Assembly: GCA_032718475.1 (NCBI GenBank)
Contig: JAUCBJ010007698.1
Span: forward strand, 1 to 64,000
DNA from: Nemertoderma westbladi
Taxonomy: Eukaryota; Animalia; Xenacoelomorpha
DNA: 64,000 nt
Direction of reading: 5' to 3'
Shown here: in pieces, positions 35,372-48,259 of the stretch
Layout of the letters: each line of letters begins with the position of its first letter
Position numbering within the stretch: position 1 is the first letter of the stretch
The notes under the pieces: model-generated
The model's database searches: none
Told to the model about the DNA's origin: nothing
The model's input: the letters and a program-made list of their open reading frames with translations, nothing else
Made by a program: the position numbers and the translations under genes

Positions 35372-36370
35372 CCACGAAGCTAAGGAAAATCAACTACTTT
35401 CGCTAAGAAAGATTTTCCTTAGCTGAGATGGTCTATTCATAGTGGGCTATTTTACTTGTATGGAGCAGATTAGTTTTTTTTGACTCCAGAAAAAACTAGC
35501 CTTTAAAAGTACCCTGAAATTTTGCATGTATATACTACTCGTCGAGGCGCATCTTTTGGGCTGGGTCTCATATCCAGGAAAAATCTGGTTTCCATGGCAA
35601 CGGACTTAGAAAAAAGTCTATGTATTTCAAGTCAATATTTATAACTCTATTTGTAGGAAAACTATAATACATATATACTTGGGGTTTCTCAACTCAACTA
35701 TAAGGTCCATAGCAGAGCCGACTGAGGTTCAATAGAAAATCCAGTTGCCTTGGCAACTGGGCTAGACAGATGTTAAAATTTACAAAATGTTAATTTGAAG
35801 CTGGTAACTGTAGTTTATTAAAGTCTATATTATTCAAGTCTATATTCATAACTCTATTCGGAGCAAAACTGTAATATATATAAACTTGGGGTTTTGCAAC
35901 TCATCTATAAGGTCCATATACAAACCGTTCGAGGTTAATTTGAAAATCCAGCTACCATAGCAACAAGACTATACAGATGTTAAAATTTATAAAATGATAA
36001 TTTGAAGCACAAGTTAATAGTATTATGACTTGGGACCAACACCTACCCCCACTATATGACTTATTCTGCATCCGAATTACATTGTTCTATTTTTCAGTTT
36101 CCCTGACAACCACTGCAAACAAACCGATGCATTTTCATAGAAAATCGGTAATTTGGACATAAACTACAATATTTTCTGAAACTCGGTATATATGTTATCT
36201 GAACCACAATCTGGACTAAATCTTTTTTCAAAGGTTAAACCAACAGTTCCAGAAAACTGTAGTTTCCATGGGAATATAAGTTAATTATATTGGAAAATGC
36301 TACTAAACTACGCTAAGTTAAGCAACGAACCAAAGTGTGGCCGTTTGTTTAATTTTCCTTAGCTTCGTGG
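35372..36370. mobile_element. non-autonomous TIR element (about 1 kb) with an internal duplication of about 200 bp
   Basis: 19-bp perfect inverted ends ccacgaagctaaggaaaat / attttccttagcttcgtgg; TSD not resolved. Confidence 0.6.
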
Positions 36371-36498
36371 TTGCATTTCCTTTAGGAAATGCCTTTCTAG
36401 TTAAAATAGCGTTAAAATATAATTAAGAAGTACAGAAGTTGAACAGTTCTCTGATAAAAATATAAGATTTCGATATGCAGTTAGTGTGTGCAGCAAAA

Positions 36499-37299
36499 GT
36501 TACTATGGCAATAACATTAGTTATAGAACACCATATAAATGTTATTTAACTATTTTAGAACATAAATAAAATAAAAAATATAATGTTCTAGAACAGGTAG
36601 CTAGCTAGTTATTTCTTAATTTTAAATTAACTAGTAATTTAAAAAAATTCCGATTTCAACTTTTAACAATTTGTTGCCAAATGTTTTAACATTTTATAAG
36701 TGCAGGCCATTTATTCTATTTAATATAGTATAATGAAACTAAATCAATTAGCACTATAATTAATTAGTAAGGACGCCAGACAATAACATTTCACAAAAGT
36801 TCCACTCAACAGTTTCTCCACCGCCGTTCCCCGTTCGTTCCACCAATCGCCACGCCTCGTTGGCCCTACCCCAATCACTTGAGCCTCCAGCCGAGGGTGC
36901 TATTAACATTTTTATAGTTTCAAAAAAATCTTAAGCTCGTTAAAAAACACTAGCTACCATAAAAACAACATATCTACTAATGTTCTATAACACTTACCAA
37001 TAATAAAAATATAAAAAATACCGTATTTTTTAAATTTAAAAAATGGTCACACAAGCTATACCTACTGTATGTTATAAAAATACTAGTTCTCTTAAAAATT
37101 ACTAGCTACCTGAAATTATAACATTTATAACACTAAATTTAATAAAAAATTTTTAATTTTTTTTTTTTTTAATTTTTTTGAATTTTAAAATTTACTACCT
37201 ATATGTTTTAGAACATGATATTTTATTTTATTTATGTTCTAGAATAGTAAAATAACATTTATATGGTGTTCTAGAACACTACTTGCTTGCCATAGTAAC
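36499..37299. mobile_element. MITE-like element with inverted ends of about 100 bp; CTAG-rich family also seen at about 7300-8060, 51100-51500 and 59600-59950
   Basis: gttactatggcaa...tagaacaccatataaatgttattt vs aaataacatttatatggtgttcta...ttgccatagtaac; recurring gttctagaac and tagctag motifs. Confidence 0.6.
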
Positions 37300-38112
37300 A
37301 ACGATTGGCGATACTATGTTTGAAAATTGTAGTGGCATACGGAACCATTTACCCAATTTTTGAACATATATGATGATCCTAAGTTTCCAAGATATCCATT
37401 TTAACTCAAATTAACAGGATACAAATGATTCAATTACTATAATTCTGAGTTTATATGATACCAAGTTCCTTCCACATTATTATTCTATTTTATATTATTC
37501 TATTGAAATTGTTTTTCTTGAATCTGCTTTTCTGGGCTTTTCTTTCATAATTAGCACTTTAAAGCTTTTACGGCCCTCGTTTTGTTATCTCGTGCCGTAA
37601 CGCTATAAAGTGCTATTTTATGAAGAATGACGTATATCCTTATGGTCGGTTACACAAGCTATAGTAGTGCCAATTTAATTATCTGTAAAATCGAAATAAA
37701 TATATTAAGAATATTCAATCCAACGGAAACTTGAGTCGAAATAAATATTTATCATCGGGAAAATAGAAAATCAATAGTATTATTAAGTAATTATGATAAA
37801 ATAAATAAATTTACTGAGTGAATATGTTTCTTAAAGAGATTCGTAAAGATAAAACTATATCGAATAATGAGGAAGAAAAAGAAAGATCTTCCAGGAATTC
37901 TGATACTTTCCATTCTCATGAAGTTACATTACATACTGCTCCAGAATCTCTCTGACACAAACTTAGGAAAGGATAAATCTCCAGAAACCTACAACGCTTC
38001 AGAATATCCTGCAAACAGAACTGTACCAAACGCAGATGGATATTCCTCCAGAATCCATCTACTGTATACTTCTCGAGAATTTCGCAAAACTTCACCAAAA
38101 TTAGGAATGGCG

Positions 38113-39444
38113 ATGTCTTCTGAAGAATCATTCCATTCTGCTGAAGAATCTTACAGATATTCAGATAGTTTCAATTCTGCTGAAGAAACTTCCAGGTCTT
38201 TAGCTGGTTACCATTCTGCTGCAGAATCCTTAGCTAGTTACCATTCTGCTGCAGAATCTTACAGATATTCAGATAGTTTCCATTCCGCTGCAAAATCCTC
38301 CAGATCTTTAGCTGGTTACCATTCTGCTGCAGAATCTTTAGCTAGTTACCATTCTGCTGCAGAATCTCCGATGAAACCAAAAAGATTCCGTCTGTTGGAT
38401 ATGTTGCACAGTATGCGTGATGCTGGTGTGAAAAAGATTATCAAAAATAAAGGTAATGATATGATGGAAGCGGAAATGGAGAGGAGGGAAGCTGTCGCAT
38501 ATCCAGTGCCGCCTCCGGTGGATAAAGTGCCGACACACGAGGAATATGCTACGCTGGAAAGGCACATAAAGTTACTGACTAGAGTTATGGTGGCACTTTC
38601 AATAGCATTAGCAGGGTTTGTGTTTGCAACAGTTGCTTTAGCCGTAAACCAATCGTCTGCTGTTTGTAAGAGTAGTTGTATGACGACCCCGTTCATACCC
38701 ACTGAGATTGGAAGCACTACAGTTTATGTACCTCCTATATCTCGTAAACCGACCCTTCCTCCTACATCTCCTAAACCTACTACACTTTCAGCAAGTGAAA
38801 TTGCGGACAAAATTACTAATCCGTGCTATGGAAAATCTGAAATACAGCCTGCCACTGGTAAAAATGAAATCATTGCTTTTGGTACCACTGATGAGTTTCT
38901 ATGCGATGACGGATGGTTTGTTATTCAGCAAAAAAACAAAATACATTCAGACACCTTCAATTACGAGATGCTGACGCGTAACGGATACATTGCTGGGTTT
39001 GGAGACCTTACATCTGAATTCTGGTTGGGTTTGGGGAAGATCAACAAGCTAACTAAATTAGGGAAAGCTGTTCTACGAATAGACATGATAACATCTAACG
39101 GAGATGAATACTACGCTGAATATTCGACATTTAAGGTTGGCCCTGGATCTCAATATTTCAAGTTGACAATACGAGAATTCTCAGGAAATGTAAAAGATTC
39201 CTTGGCGGTTTACAATGGAAATGGTTTTACTACATTTGACATGTACACAATATTTCCAAAAAAAGCCTATTGTTCCGTACAAGCAGAGTGTGGTTGGTGG
39301 TTCGGTTCGGACTGTAAAACTGCAAAAGTTGGCATTCTAAACGGAAACTTCAAATCGAAAATGGGCTATCGACCAAGATGGCATAAGAAAGATTCGAGCG
39401 TCTTAAATCCAGATGAGATCAAAATGAAAGTTAAATTCCGCTAA
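38113..39444 (+). CDS. type II transmembrane fibrinogen-related-domain (FReD) protein, FIBCD1-like architecture, single exon
   Basis: TM segment VMVALSIALAGFVFATVALAV, Pro/Thr stalk, FReD motifs DGWFVIQQ, YIAGFGDLTSEFWLGLGKI, LRIDM, YAEYSTFKV, GWWF. The ORF is open from 37867, but the paralogs favour MSSEE at 38113 as the start. Confidence 0.85.
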   Translation: MSSEESFHSAEESYRYSDSFNSAEETSRSLAGYHSAAESLASYHSAAESYRYSDSFHSAAKSSRSLAGYHSAAESLASYHSAAESPMKPKRFRLLDMLHSMRDAGVKKIIKNKGNDMMEAEMERREAVAYPVPPPVDKVPTHEEYATLERHIKLLTRVMVALSIALAGFVFATVALAVNQSSAVCKSSCMTTPFIPTEIGSTTVYVPPISRKPTLPPTSPKPTTLSASEIADKITNPCYGKSEIQPATGKNEIIAFGTTDEFLCDDGWFVIQQKNKIHSDTFNYEMLTRNGYIAGFGDLTSEFWLGLGKINKLTKLGKAVLRIDMITSNGDEYYAEYSTFKVGPGSQYFKLTIREFSGNVKDSLAVYNGNGFTTFDMYTIFPKKAYCSVQAECGWWFGSDCKTAKVGILNGNFKSKMGYRPRWHKKDSSVLNPDEIKMKVKFR

Positions 39445-40181
39445 ATCAAATCAAATGAATGTAATTAAATCAAGTAATTATTTTACTTTAGCAATAATGT
39501 AAAACATGAAACCCGTTTAGTACGGTGACGATGCGAATCTCCATTTTTTAGATAAGTTACAAAATTCGGAAAAGTTATTTTTAAAAGTTTCTTAGGTTTT
39601 CAATTTTCAAAATCTACTTAGCCTTTCACCCTCAAAATGTACCTGTCTAGAACTAATATCTGCCCGATTACATAAGGATGGTTCTAATTATTAATTACTC
39701 TATCGTAGATAATGTAGTTACTTTTATTAATACCAAACGAACTGAAATTAGCTAAGGTTGTTGTTCCTCTGTACACCATACAAATCTTAGCTAGAAATCT
39801 TAATTAGATTGTATGAAATATGAAACAGAGAGTTTTACCTCCCCATAGTCCTTTCATCAATCGTCTGAGCGCCTTTGGGTTGGGTAAGAGGGGGCTTGAA
39901 GGGGGGGGGGGGGGGGGGGGCGACTTTCCCATCTTCGTTGATTTATTTGGGGTTTGGTTAAATTTCTTAAATAGCGATTTTGTGATACAGTAGAATTGCT
40001 CAATTTTAATTTTATTTCATAACTGAGCCTCGTGCTGCGCGAAAGCCACACGCACGTGTATAGTGATTATTTCAAGGCTTCCAAATATGTAAAAATATTT
40101 GAATGTGGTTGTAATACAGCCTCCAGCCTATGACCCCGTAGGAATTTCTTATATGACTGAACAACCCCACAAAGATGTTTA

Positions 40182-40759
40182 GTACTACTACTACTACTAG
40201 GTCGAGCGAACTCGGACAGTGGAAATGAGATCCTTCCAGGTTTCCCGATTCTCCATAGTTGTCGCAATTTCGTTTCTCCCAAGTTCAGTATCCCTTTCAA
40301 GTTGATCTATATATGTTATGGCCGGTCGTCCACGACTACGCTTTCCATGAATTGGTTGGCAGAAAAGTAGATCTGTTATGCCCTCGTCTTTACTTCGCCA
40401 GCAGTGCCCACTGAATCTTAATCTGCATTCACGGAGGGTGGTTGATACAGGTGGTATGTACCATAAAGCTCGGCGTTTGTCATGTGTTGTCTCCAGCTGA
40501 TGTTTAGGGCTGCCCTTAGTAGTCTTGTGTAGCAACCATCAATTCGTTGTTCAAATGATTTAGTCAGTGTCCAGGTCTCACCCCCGTATAAAAATACACT
40601 TTCCACTGTGCCTCGAAAGAACTTAGTCTTCAGGTGCCTGGATAGATCTGATTTCCAGATGGTATCCATTTTTGATAGAGCTACAAAAGCCTTTGCTTTC
40701 CTAACTTCTATGTTCTTTTTGCTATTCTCTATCCATGATCCAAGGTACTGGAAGTCGTT
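40182..40759 (-). mobile_element. 5'-truncated RTE-like LINE 3' end with (TAG)n tail
   Basis: FQYLGSWIE..FFRGTVESVFLYGGETWTL..AALNISWRQH..RLRFSGHCWR; microsatellite tail; close copy at 53900-54650. Confidence 0.85.
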
Positions 40760-40901
40760 AATTACAGAATGTTAAGTACAGCTATGGGACATTAAAAATA
40801 AAACAATCACATGAGCTCGTACGAGCTCTTTTAATTGAGAAGGGCGATCTTTTTCAATAATGTCGCACATTTAGTTAAATGATAATACTGGTTATAGGTA
40901 C

Positions 40902-43080
40902 TGTTGCGTTACGTGTACATTTTGTTTTGGATTAACTAGGCGGATTGTTTATTTTATTGAATGCCAATTTCTTGCGTGACTAGACAGCGCAGTAGCATTA
41001 GCTAGTATTGTGCAGTCTAAGCACTGAGATCGGGGGGGGGGGGGGGGGCGGGGTGGTTATGCGGGGAATGGGACAACTGTCGGGAGTTGGGATACTGTGA
41101 GCGGATCCAATTCGCTGCACTACCTACCGGTAAATGGGGAAAGTGGCTTTTTACCAATAGTTGGCTAGGTGACATTACCAATATAATGTCACCTAACAAC
41201 CAACGAAGGAAATTTACATTGCCAGCCACAAGGAGAGATGAGAGGCTACAAGCCATATCAGGGGGACGTAGGGAGCTAGGTATCAGGGAACAGGGAGTGC
41301 CAAGGGAAGGAAGGATAGGTTAGCCAATGGTGGGGCAGCACACCATCTGATTGGGATGCATCCATTGGCCAGGCCATGTAGCAAGTAGCCATATTCCATA
41401 TGTGTTAGTAATATAACCGTTGCCTTTATTACCTGTTGTTCAGTTGGTTTGTGTAGAGCTGTGGAAACAAGATGGTTTAAACTGTCGTCCTCGTCAGTAA
41501 CTGTGCTATTATTATATTCTGACTGTGCTATTATTGTATTCTGACATTACGAACAACTGCCACTAAAACTCAGTTATTCTTTTGGGCTCCGGCCTTTCAG
41601 ATACCACAAGCCTTTCAGCAGCCAGCGGACGGTGCGATGCGTATTACCCAAAAGCAAACACATCGGTCGGGATTCCCTCGCTAACTCGGGGATCCCGTCA
41701 CAGTTTAAACCACGCTTAGAAAGTTTAAATCTCGCAACCATGAGTGAACAACGAACGCCCCAGGGTTCAGAGAGGGGTGGAAGTCTGCCACAAACCCCGA
41801 GCGACAGAGACCAAACGATTCGGGAAGCAGAGAAGAGGCGGTACCGGCCCGCCACACCGTATTCGCTGAGGAATGACGATTCGGTGGTAGAGGAGGAAGG
41901 CGGATGGGTACAAGGGGACGAGAAGCCGGAGTGGACACGGGACGGGAGTGGCGAGAAGAATACCGGAGTCGCCAGCCAACCAGCGGCTACAGGCGGCGAG
42001 CGGCCCACCGGAACAGCAACGGTGGAGCCGACGGTACCACGCCAGATGAGGAGAGGAGGCCAAGAAGTCGTGGAGGAGGACATCGGGACGAGCGATCGCC
42101 TACAACGGGCGTATAACGCCATGAGGAAAACTCTAAAGGATGCTAAGATAGGAGGAAAGGTAGGCGAGCCCAAGTTGAATCGGAGACTCGGTGAGTGTAA
42201 CAAACATTTTCACTACCTAGTCCGATTTGGGCAGGGGGAACTGGCGAGTGAAAGGGCAAGAGGTGGTCGCCACAGAACTGTTTGAATTGTGGCGATCTGA
42301 GATAATACCGTATGGTGTAGTGTACATAGGGCCTTATCTGGTGGATGCGCGGGTGATTAAGTTAGTGGGATGGGCGGATCCGCACGACGCCGAACCCGAG
42401 GTTGACCCCGAGGATTAGGTGTCGTCGGTTAGTGAAACCGGTAGCAGGCACAATAAAGTTGGTAAAACCGGGAGGCGACGGGAGTCCGTCGCAACCGAAA
42501 AGTCTGCTACACCCTCCGCGAAAGCAAGAAGGGTGTTAGAGATAGATCTGGCGTGTCAGCTAGACATAGCTGCGTTAGATCAAAAGGAGTTATAGAGACA
42601 AATGGGTGAGGGGACCTTGTTGTTAGAGAGGGAGAGGGAGTTAGCAAGAGAGTGTAGAGAGATGGCCGAGAAGGTGGTGAGAGAGTGTAGGGAGAGAACC
42701 GCGAGGGAGGTAGAGAGGGTTGAGAGAGAGGTGAACGAGCGTAATGCAAGGGAGGCAAATGAGCGCAAAGAGCGAGACACGAGGGAAACAGAGAGGATTG
42801 AGAAAGATAGGGAGTCGGTGAACCAGAGTATTAGAGAGGACAGGGAGAGAGAGATGGCTGGTAAGAGAATGCGGAATGATATGCATACCCAGTTGAGGGG
42901 GTTAATGCAGTATCAGGCAAAACAAAAGCGCCGATTTGAACTGGTGAAAATGGGTTTAACAGAGAGCGAAGCTGGTTCGGGAAGTATTTATGAGGAACCA
43001 GGGGTGATGGAAACTTTTGTCAATACTCCAGTTACAGGTACCGGACGACAAACACAAAACTGGTGTAACCGGACGGATGG
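40902..43080 (+). mobile_element. 5' fragment of an LTR retrotransposon: putative LTR (40902-41555) and broken gag-like ORF
   Basis: tgttgcgt...acgaaca ends with CCAAT and TATA-like boxes inside; ORFs 41740-42285 and 42602-43080 with an E/R-rich coiled coil; truncated at a poly-G run. No catalytic domain seen. Confidence 0.5.
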
Positions 43081-44914
43081 GGAGGGGGGGGGGGGGGGGG
43101 GGGTAATTACAATACGTTTAGTAGGAATGTTAATATTAATAATACCGTAGTTGATAATCCTAATAATAACGAGGGTACATTTCTTACCGGAAATAATGTC
43201 TCCAAACAGACTGGTTCCTCTTCGGTCTGGATGATTTCTACAGATGTAGTCATTCTTCGTGAAGGATCTACAGTTTGTATTTCCATAACTGAATATCCCA
43301 AAGGGATTTTGGGTCTCTGTAGAATGGCAGAATGCATATTTTGTATGAAGACATCTTTAAAGATAGCGAATCCGGCACTATCTAATTTCTCAAAGGCAGA
43401 GTCTCGCAGGCTGAGTTTGGTCAGTGCGCGATCTTTAAACTGACTGTCAACGTTCCGAAACGGAGTCAGAAAGCGCCTGAAACATTAAAATCGGATTAAT
43501 TTGCTGTGTTCATCTAATTTTGTGAGTTTGGTTCCCAGGATTAAGGGGTTTGAGCGTATGGTTCGACTGCACATATCGGCTAACCATCCGGAAAGTGTGG
43601 TATTTTCGAATATGGTACAGTATAAATGGCCAAGAAAGGACGGAGGGTCACACTCATAAAACTATAAACCACTCCAGGTGCTCTCAATGGTCCATCGAAA
43701 TATAAACGTGAATAATGGTCACCATAAACCTGTTGATAATTAAGCCGATTTCCCACTTTAAAATTCCATCCATATAACCAATATCACGGCCTGTTTCCAT
43801 ACAGTTACCTTTCCACCCCTTCATTCACCTACAAACCACAATATTGCTAGCTTCCCTGTAAGCTACTGCCATCAAATAAGGGAGTGAGCGAGCACCCTAT
43901 ACAAACACACCCTTCCTTCTCATTGGAGCCCCCACACTATACAAACATTTCCTTCTTCCTTATTGTACCAAACCCATCCAGTCATTGACAAGGGAATATT
44001 TTGTAACTAATAAAACTCTATGGATTATCATTGGCAGTAACCGGTTATTGGTCAGTTCAAAACAAACCAATATTAATCATATTTTACATGTGTTCAATGT
44101 AAATCACTGCATAAGAAAGGCAGGTTATGGTTAGGTGATAATTAGGGGTCAACTTCACATTGACCCCGGATACTGGGTTAAAAAAGGGCCACATTTGGAT
44201 GGGAAAGTCAGTCAGTAACCACAGGCCTTAGTAGATGGCAGCCTCCGCAGCTAATCTAGACTATGCTCTTTGGTATTGGACCTACTTTGATCCATTACTG
44301 CATTCGCCTTTTCAGGAGTTCACTGGTGTTTGGGCTCATAGGTAAGGTTCCCGGTGAGGACTTAGCTTTGGCCGACCAGTCCTGGAGTGCTCGCGCACTC
44401 TGCCCGCTGGCTACTCAGTTCGCCTCAGGATCAATGGTTTCCTTTGAGGACAGATTAGCAGCAATCTTCCCGGGTTTGACACTGTCAGATTACGGTAGTG
44501 CTTGCGCACTTTGTGGAGCGAAGCGACATTGGTTAAACCTCTAAGTCATAGGACAAAGAAGCAGCCAAGCGTTTGTATCCAATCGGTTCAACTGCTGTTT
44601 GAACCCAGATGATAACCTGGTGTTTGTACTATTGCCAAGTTTCCAATAGCGTGAAGCTGCACCAAGTTTATTACGACTTTCTAAAATCTGTTTTATCAGC
44701 TATTTTTCAGAGTATTTTAGCATAACGAAACGAATACTGTATTTTTTGTATATTTTGGTTACAATTATTTTGGATAGTATTATTTTTCGAGGCTATAATT
44801 TGGATCCTAATGGACCCAAAGCACCCCTCACCCGGTTTCTCCTTTTTCCTCATCCCAGAGGTTTTTCTATGGTGTTACAGTACAAATTATTACTTTACAA
44901 TTACAATTGTAAAT

Positions 44915-45920
44915 TGGCCTACAACATCAGCCAGGAAAAGTACATGCAGGATAAAATTGAAGCAATTACAACTCCTCACATACAGCAACAATCTAGACCT
45001 ACCTGGCAAACTGTAAATGAGGTATCTGGTCGGAAAAGTTGTGCAAAGGGGCGCCTCAAAGCCGATGGTCCTGAAGAACGTGTTGGGAAGTGGAAAAATC
45101 ACTTCAGCAACTTGCTTGGGCAGCCACCAAACAGCGAGGTCAGCCCTACAAGGAAAATATATGACAAGACACTACCTATAGAAACAGGGGACTTCACACC
45201 TGCCGAACTCCAAAGAAGCATTAAAAGCATGTCCAATAATAAAGCGAGTGGAAAACAGGAGTGCTAAACAGACCATTATTGAATGTTTGCAACCGGATGT
45301 TAAAAGGGGAAAAGCCACCACCAATTTGGACTAAAGGTCAACTAAAGCCTCTCCCCAAGAAAGGAGACCTCGGCATACCAACAAACTATCGTGGGATCTG
45401 TCGGCTTGTGGTAGCTGCCAAAATATACAATAAAATAATTCTATATAGGATTAGTAGGCCTCACATAGAGAATCTACTGCGTAAGAGCCAAAACGGATTT
45501 CGACCAAGTAGATCAACAATAGCTCAGATACTTGCACTAAGGAGACTGATTGAAGGAATTAAGTCAAAGAATCTCCCCGCAGTCATGACTTTTGTGGACT
45601 TCAATAAGGCATTCGACTCCATCCATAGAGGTAAAATGCTTTAAATCCTAAGAGCTTATGGAATACCAGAAGTAATTGTTGCTGGCATTGGATTGTTATA
45701 TTGTGACACAGAAGCGCAGGTACTCTCACCAGATGGTGAAACTGAGTTTTTCTCAATCCTGGCTGGCGTACTGCAAGATGACACATTAGCACCATTACTA
45801 CTTGTAATTGTAATTGGATTACGCAATGAGGACTTCCACAAAGGGTGAAGATCTGGGATTCACTCAGAAGTAGTAGATATCCGGCAACTACAGTCACAGA
45901 CTCCGACTTTGTGGATGACA
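44915..45920 (+). mobile_element. RTE-like LINE reverse transcriptase fragment (pseudogenised)
   Basis: PLPKKGDL...NYRGI, QNGFRPSRST, FVDFNKAFDSIHR, GVLQDDTLAP and FVDDI, with stops and frameshifts. Confidence 0.88.
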
Positions 45921-46095
45921 TCTCGCGGCCAGCCATACACAGTGCCGGCGGACCCAGCAACATAGCGCCCCCAGATCTCGCGGCCAGCCATACACAGTGC
46001 CGGCGGATCCAGCAACCTAGCTCCCCCAGATCTCGCGGCTAGCAATACACAGTGCCGGTGTACCCAGCAACATAGCGCCTCCAGGTCTCGCGGAA
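45915..46095. repeat. 55-bp tandem repeat, about 3 copies (same family as 50341-51009)
   Basis: Unit agatctcgcggccagccatacacagtgccggcggacccagcaacatagcgccccc. Confidence 0.85.
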
Positions 46096-46139
46096 ATCGA
46101 TCAACTTGCTTACTGGTCGGAAAAGCCCACTCTGAAAAG

Positions 46140-46550
46140 CTCCTCAATAATTACAGGGTATTGCCTGATAACTTTATAGAAGTAAAAGTGTCTGAGTCTG
46201 TACTCCCAGATATTCCCATTGGCGATATCTCCTTTGCAGAAGTGAAGGCTGCTGCAAAGAGCATTAAGACCAATCGTGCCAGTGGAGTAGATGGTGTTCC
46301 ACCTGAGGTCTTTAAAATACCTGAGTGTTTAATGTACCGAACAACAAGAGTCCCACAAGAAATGAAAACAAATAAGTTGGTTAAATAAGTCTATTCACCG
46401 CCGCCTCTCGTGCCAGTCGTGCCAATCGGACCAATCAGACCAATCGTGCCAGTGGAGTGAGGTCTTTAAAATACCTGAGTGTTTAAAGCTCATCTATCCC
46501 ATCATAGTAGACATGTACCGTACAACAAGAGTCCCACAAGAAATGAAAAC
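46140..46550 (+). mobile_element. LINE ORF2 fragment with a local duplication
   Basis: ISFAEVKAAAKSIKTNRASGVDGVPPEVFK, the pre-RT GxDG motif. Confidence 0.6.
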
Positions 46551-46849
46551 AAATCAAAGTAAAAGACAATTCACATTACTAAGCAAATTATAATGGGAAA
46601 GCAAGTCGCCAATGAACCATCCTCACACAAGAGTCCCATTGTCACCTCATCCTCATGACGTCCATTTCCACGCCAGACACACATCCACAACGGACTGGTA
46701 TACATCTGGTAGAGCGTACTGACCACTGACGAACCGGACGACCCATTCAATGGTAATGACAACGACAAACCCTTGAGGAAACGGAAAACAAGATCCCCAA
46801 GAAAAAGCGGGGAAATGACAAAACTAATAAGAAGCCTCTTCTGGAAAAC

Positions 46850-47260
46850 ATCGACGACGACGGTATTGAGATTATCAACTTTAGATGTGTCTGAGCGACA
46901 TCTCTAGAAGGATCAAGAGTGGAACCGACAAAATTTAGTGGAAACCCAGCTGAATTCATTTCGTTCAAAGCACTATTATTATTACTATATTACTATTTTA
47001 TTGCTCCAGTGGATAGTAAATATCCCCATGACCACAAAGATGAGACATATGTTAACCTATCTATCTGGAAACGCGCTACAGAAGGTAACAAACACTACGA
47101 GGACGTTTACGATGGACATCAGCGTGCATGGGACGTATCAGAGAATAACTTCGGTAACCCGTCAGCCGTAATGAAATCTGTGATGCACAACGTCAGCAAG
47201 TATAGATTCCCCATCGTAACCATATTTACGATCGGGAATCAGGAAGTAGTCAATCTATAG
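46850..47260 (+). mobile_element. BEL/Pao gag (DUF1759-like) fragment
   Basis: EPTKFSGNPAEFISFKA..., KMRHMLTYLSGNAL..., AWDVSENNFGNP across shifted frames. Confidence 0.6.
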
Positions 47261-47952
47261 AAGTAGTTACCATAGTTTGTAGCCTTCCACTCCACTACTA
47301 TGTTGTTGAGTTTTTCTAATTGAGAGACTTAACAAGTGACTTATACGTGAGTATTCCATCAGTCCATTTAGGATCCGTCTTGTTTCAGGGTAGGAACTTA
47401 ATGAAGGTTCGATTCATTGAAGGGGGGAGGGGGGGGGGGGGGTCTGCGTGGAAGCACAATGTAACTGCCCAATATAATTTGGGGTCCTAAGGGCGTCAAA
47501 AGTAGTACATGTAGTACATTAGGACCCCAGAGTGAGGAACAAAGTTTCCATAGCCCGTATTTTTCATATAGGATTAATTACATTTAATTTAATTTAATTT
47601 ATTTTCGTACATTATATATGTATATATGAAATGCATCATAACAATATAAGTACAGCGTACCGGTATGTATTGTACAGTATACATATAAAGATTAGCACAA
47701 GGTAAATAATATATAATAAAGGTAAGATCAACAAGTGACGGCATAATAGACACATATCAGATTAGGCCTAATTTTAAAAATACAGCAACAAACGAAAAAC
47801 AGAAAAATATATTAGATCTAAATTTACCTACTGTAGCATCAAGACGCATGGGCAAGCATATGCTTAACTTCATCATACTCAAAGCCAACAATTTCTGATT
47901 TCCCTGCCTATACATTGGCTAACTCTCTGCAAATATTAATATTGCCCCCCCC

Positions 47953-48258
47953 AACATAACTAACTGACACATAACTAACTGACACATAATTAATTGACAC
48001 ATAACTAACTGACACATAACTAACTGACACATAACTAACTGACACATAACTAACTGACACATAACTAACTGACACATAACTAACTGACACATAATTAATT
48101 GACACATAACTAACTGACACATAACTAACTGACACATAACTAACTGACACATAACTAACTGACACATAACTAACTGACACATAATTAATTGACACATAAC
48201 TAACTGACACATAACTAACTGACACATAACTAACTGACACATAACTAACTGACACATA
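47953..48258. repeat. 15-bp minisatellite, about 20 copies
   Basis: Unit acataactaactgac, with periodic acataattaattgac variants. Confidence 0.97.
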
Positions 48259-48259
48259 A

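Noticed and set aside
37867-38112. 82-aa N-terminal extension of the FReD protein
   Set aside because: Frameshifted or deleted in both paralogs while the MSSEE start is kept; probably 5' UTR, though not excluded.
41556-41600. Self-priming signature in the other LTR elements
   Set aside because: No PBS/LTR complement found by eye here, and the LTR boundary of the 25.6-33.4 kb element could not be fixed.
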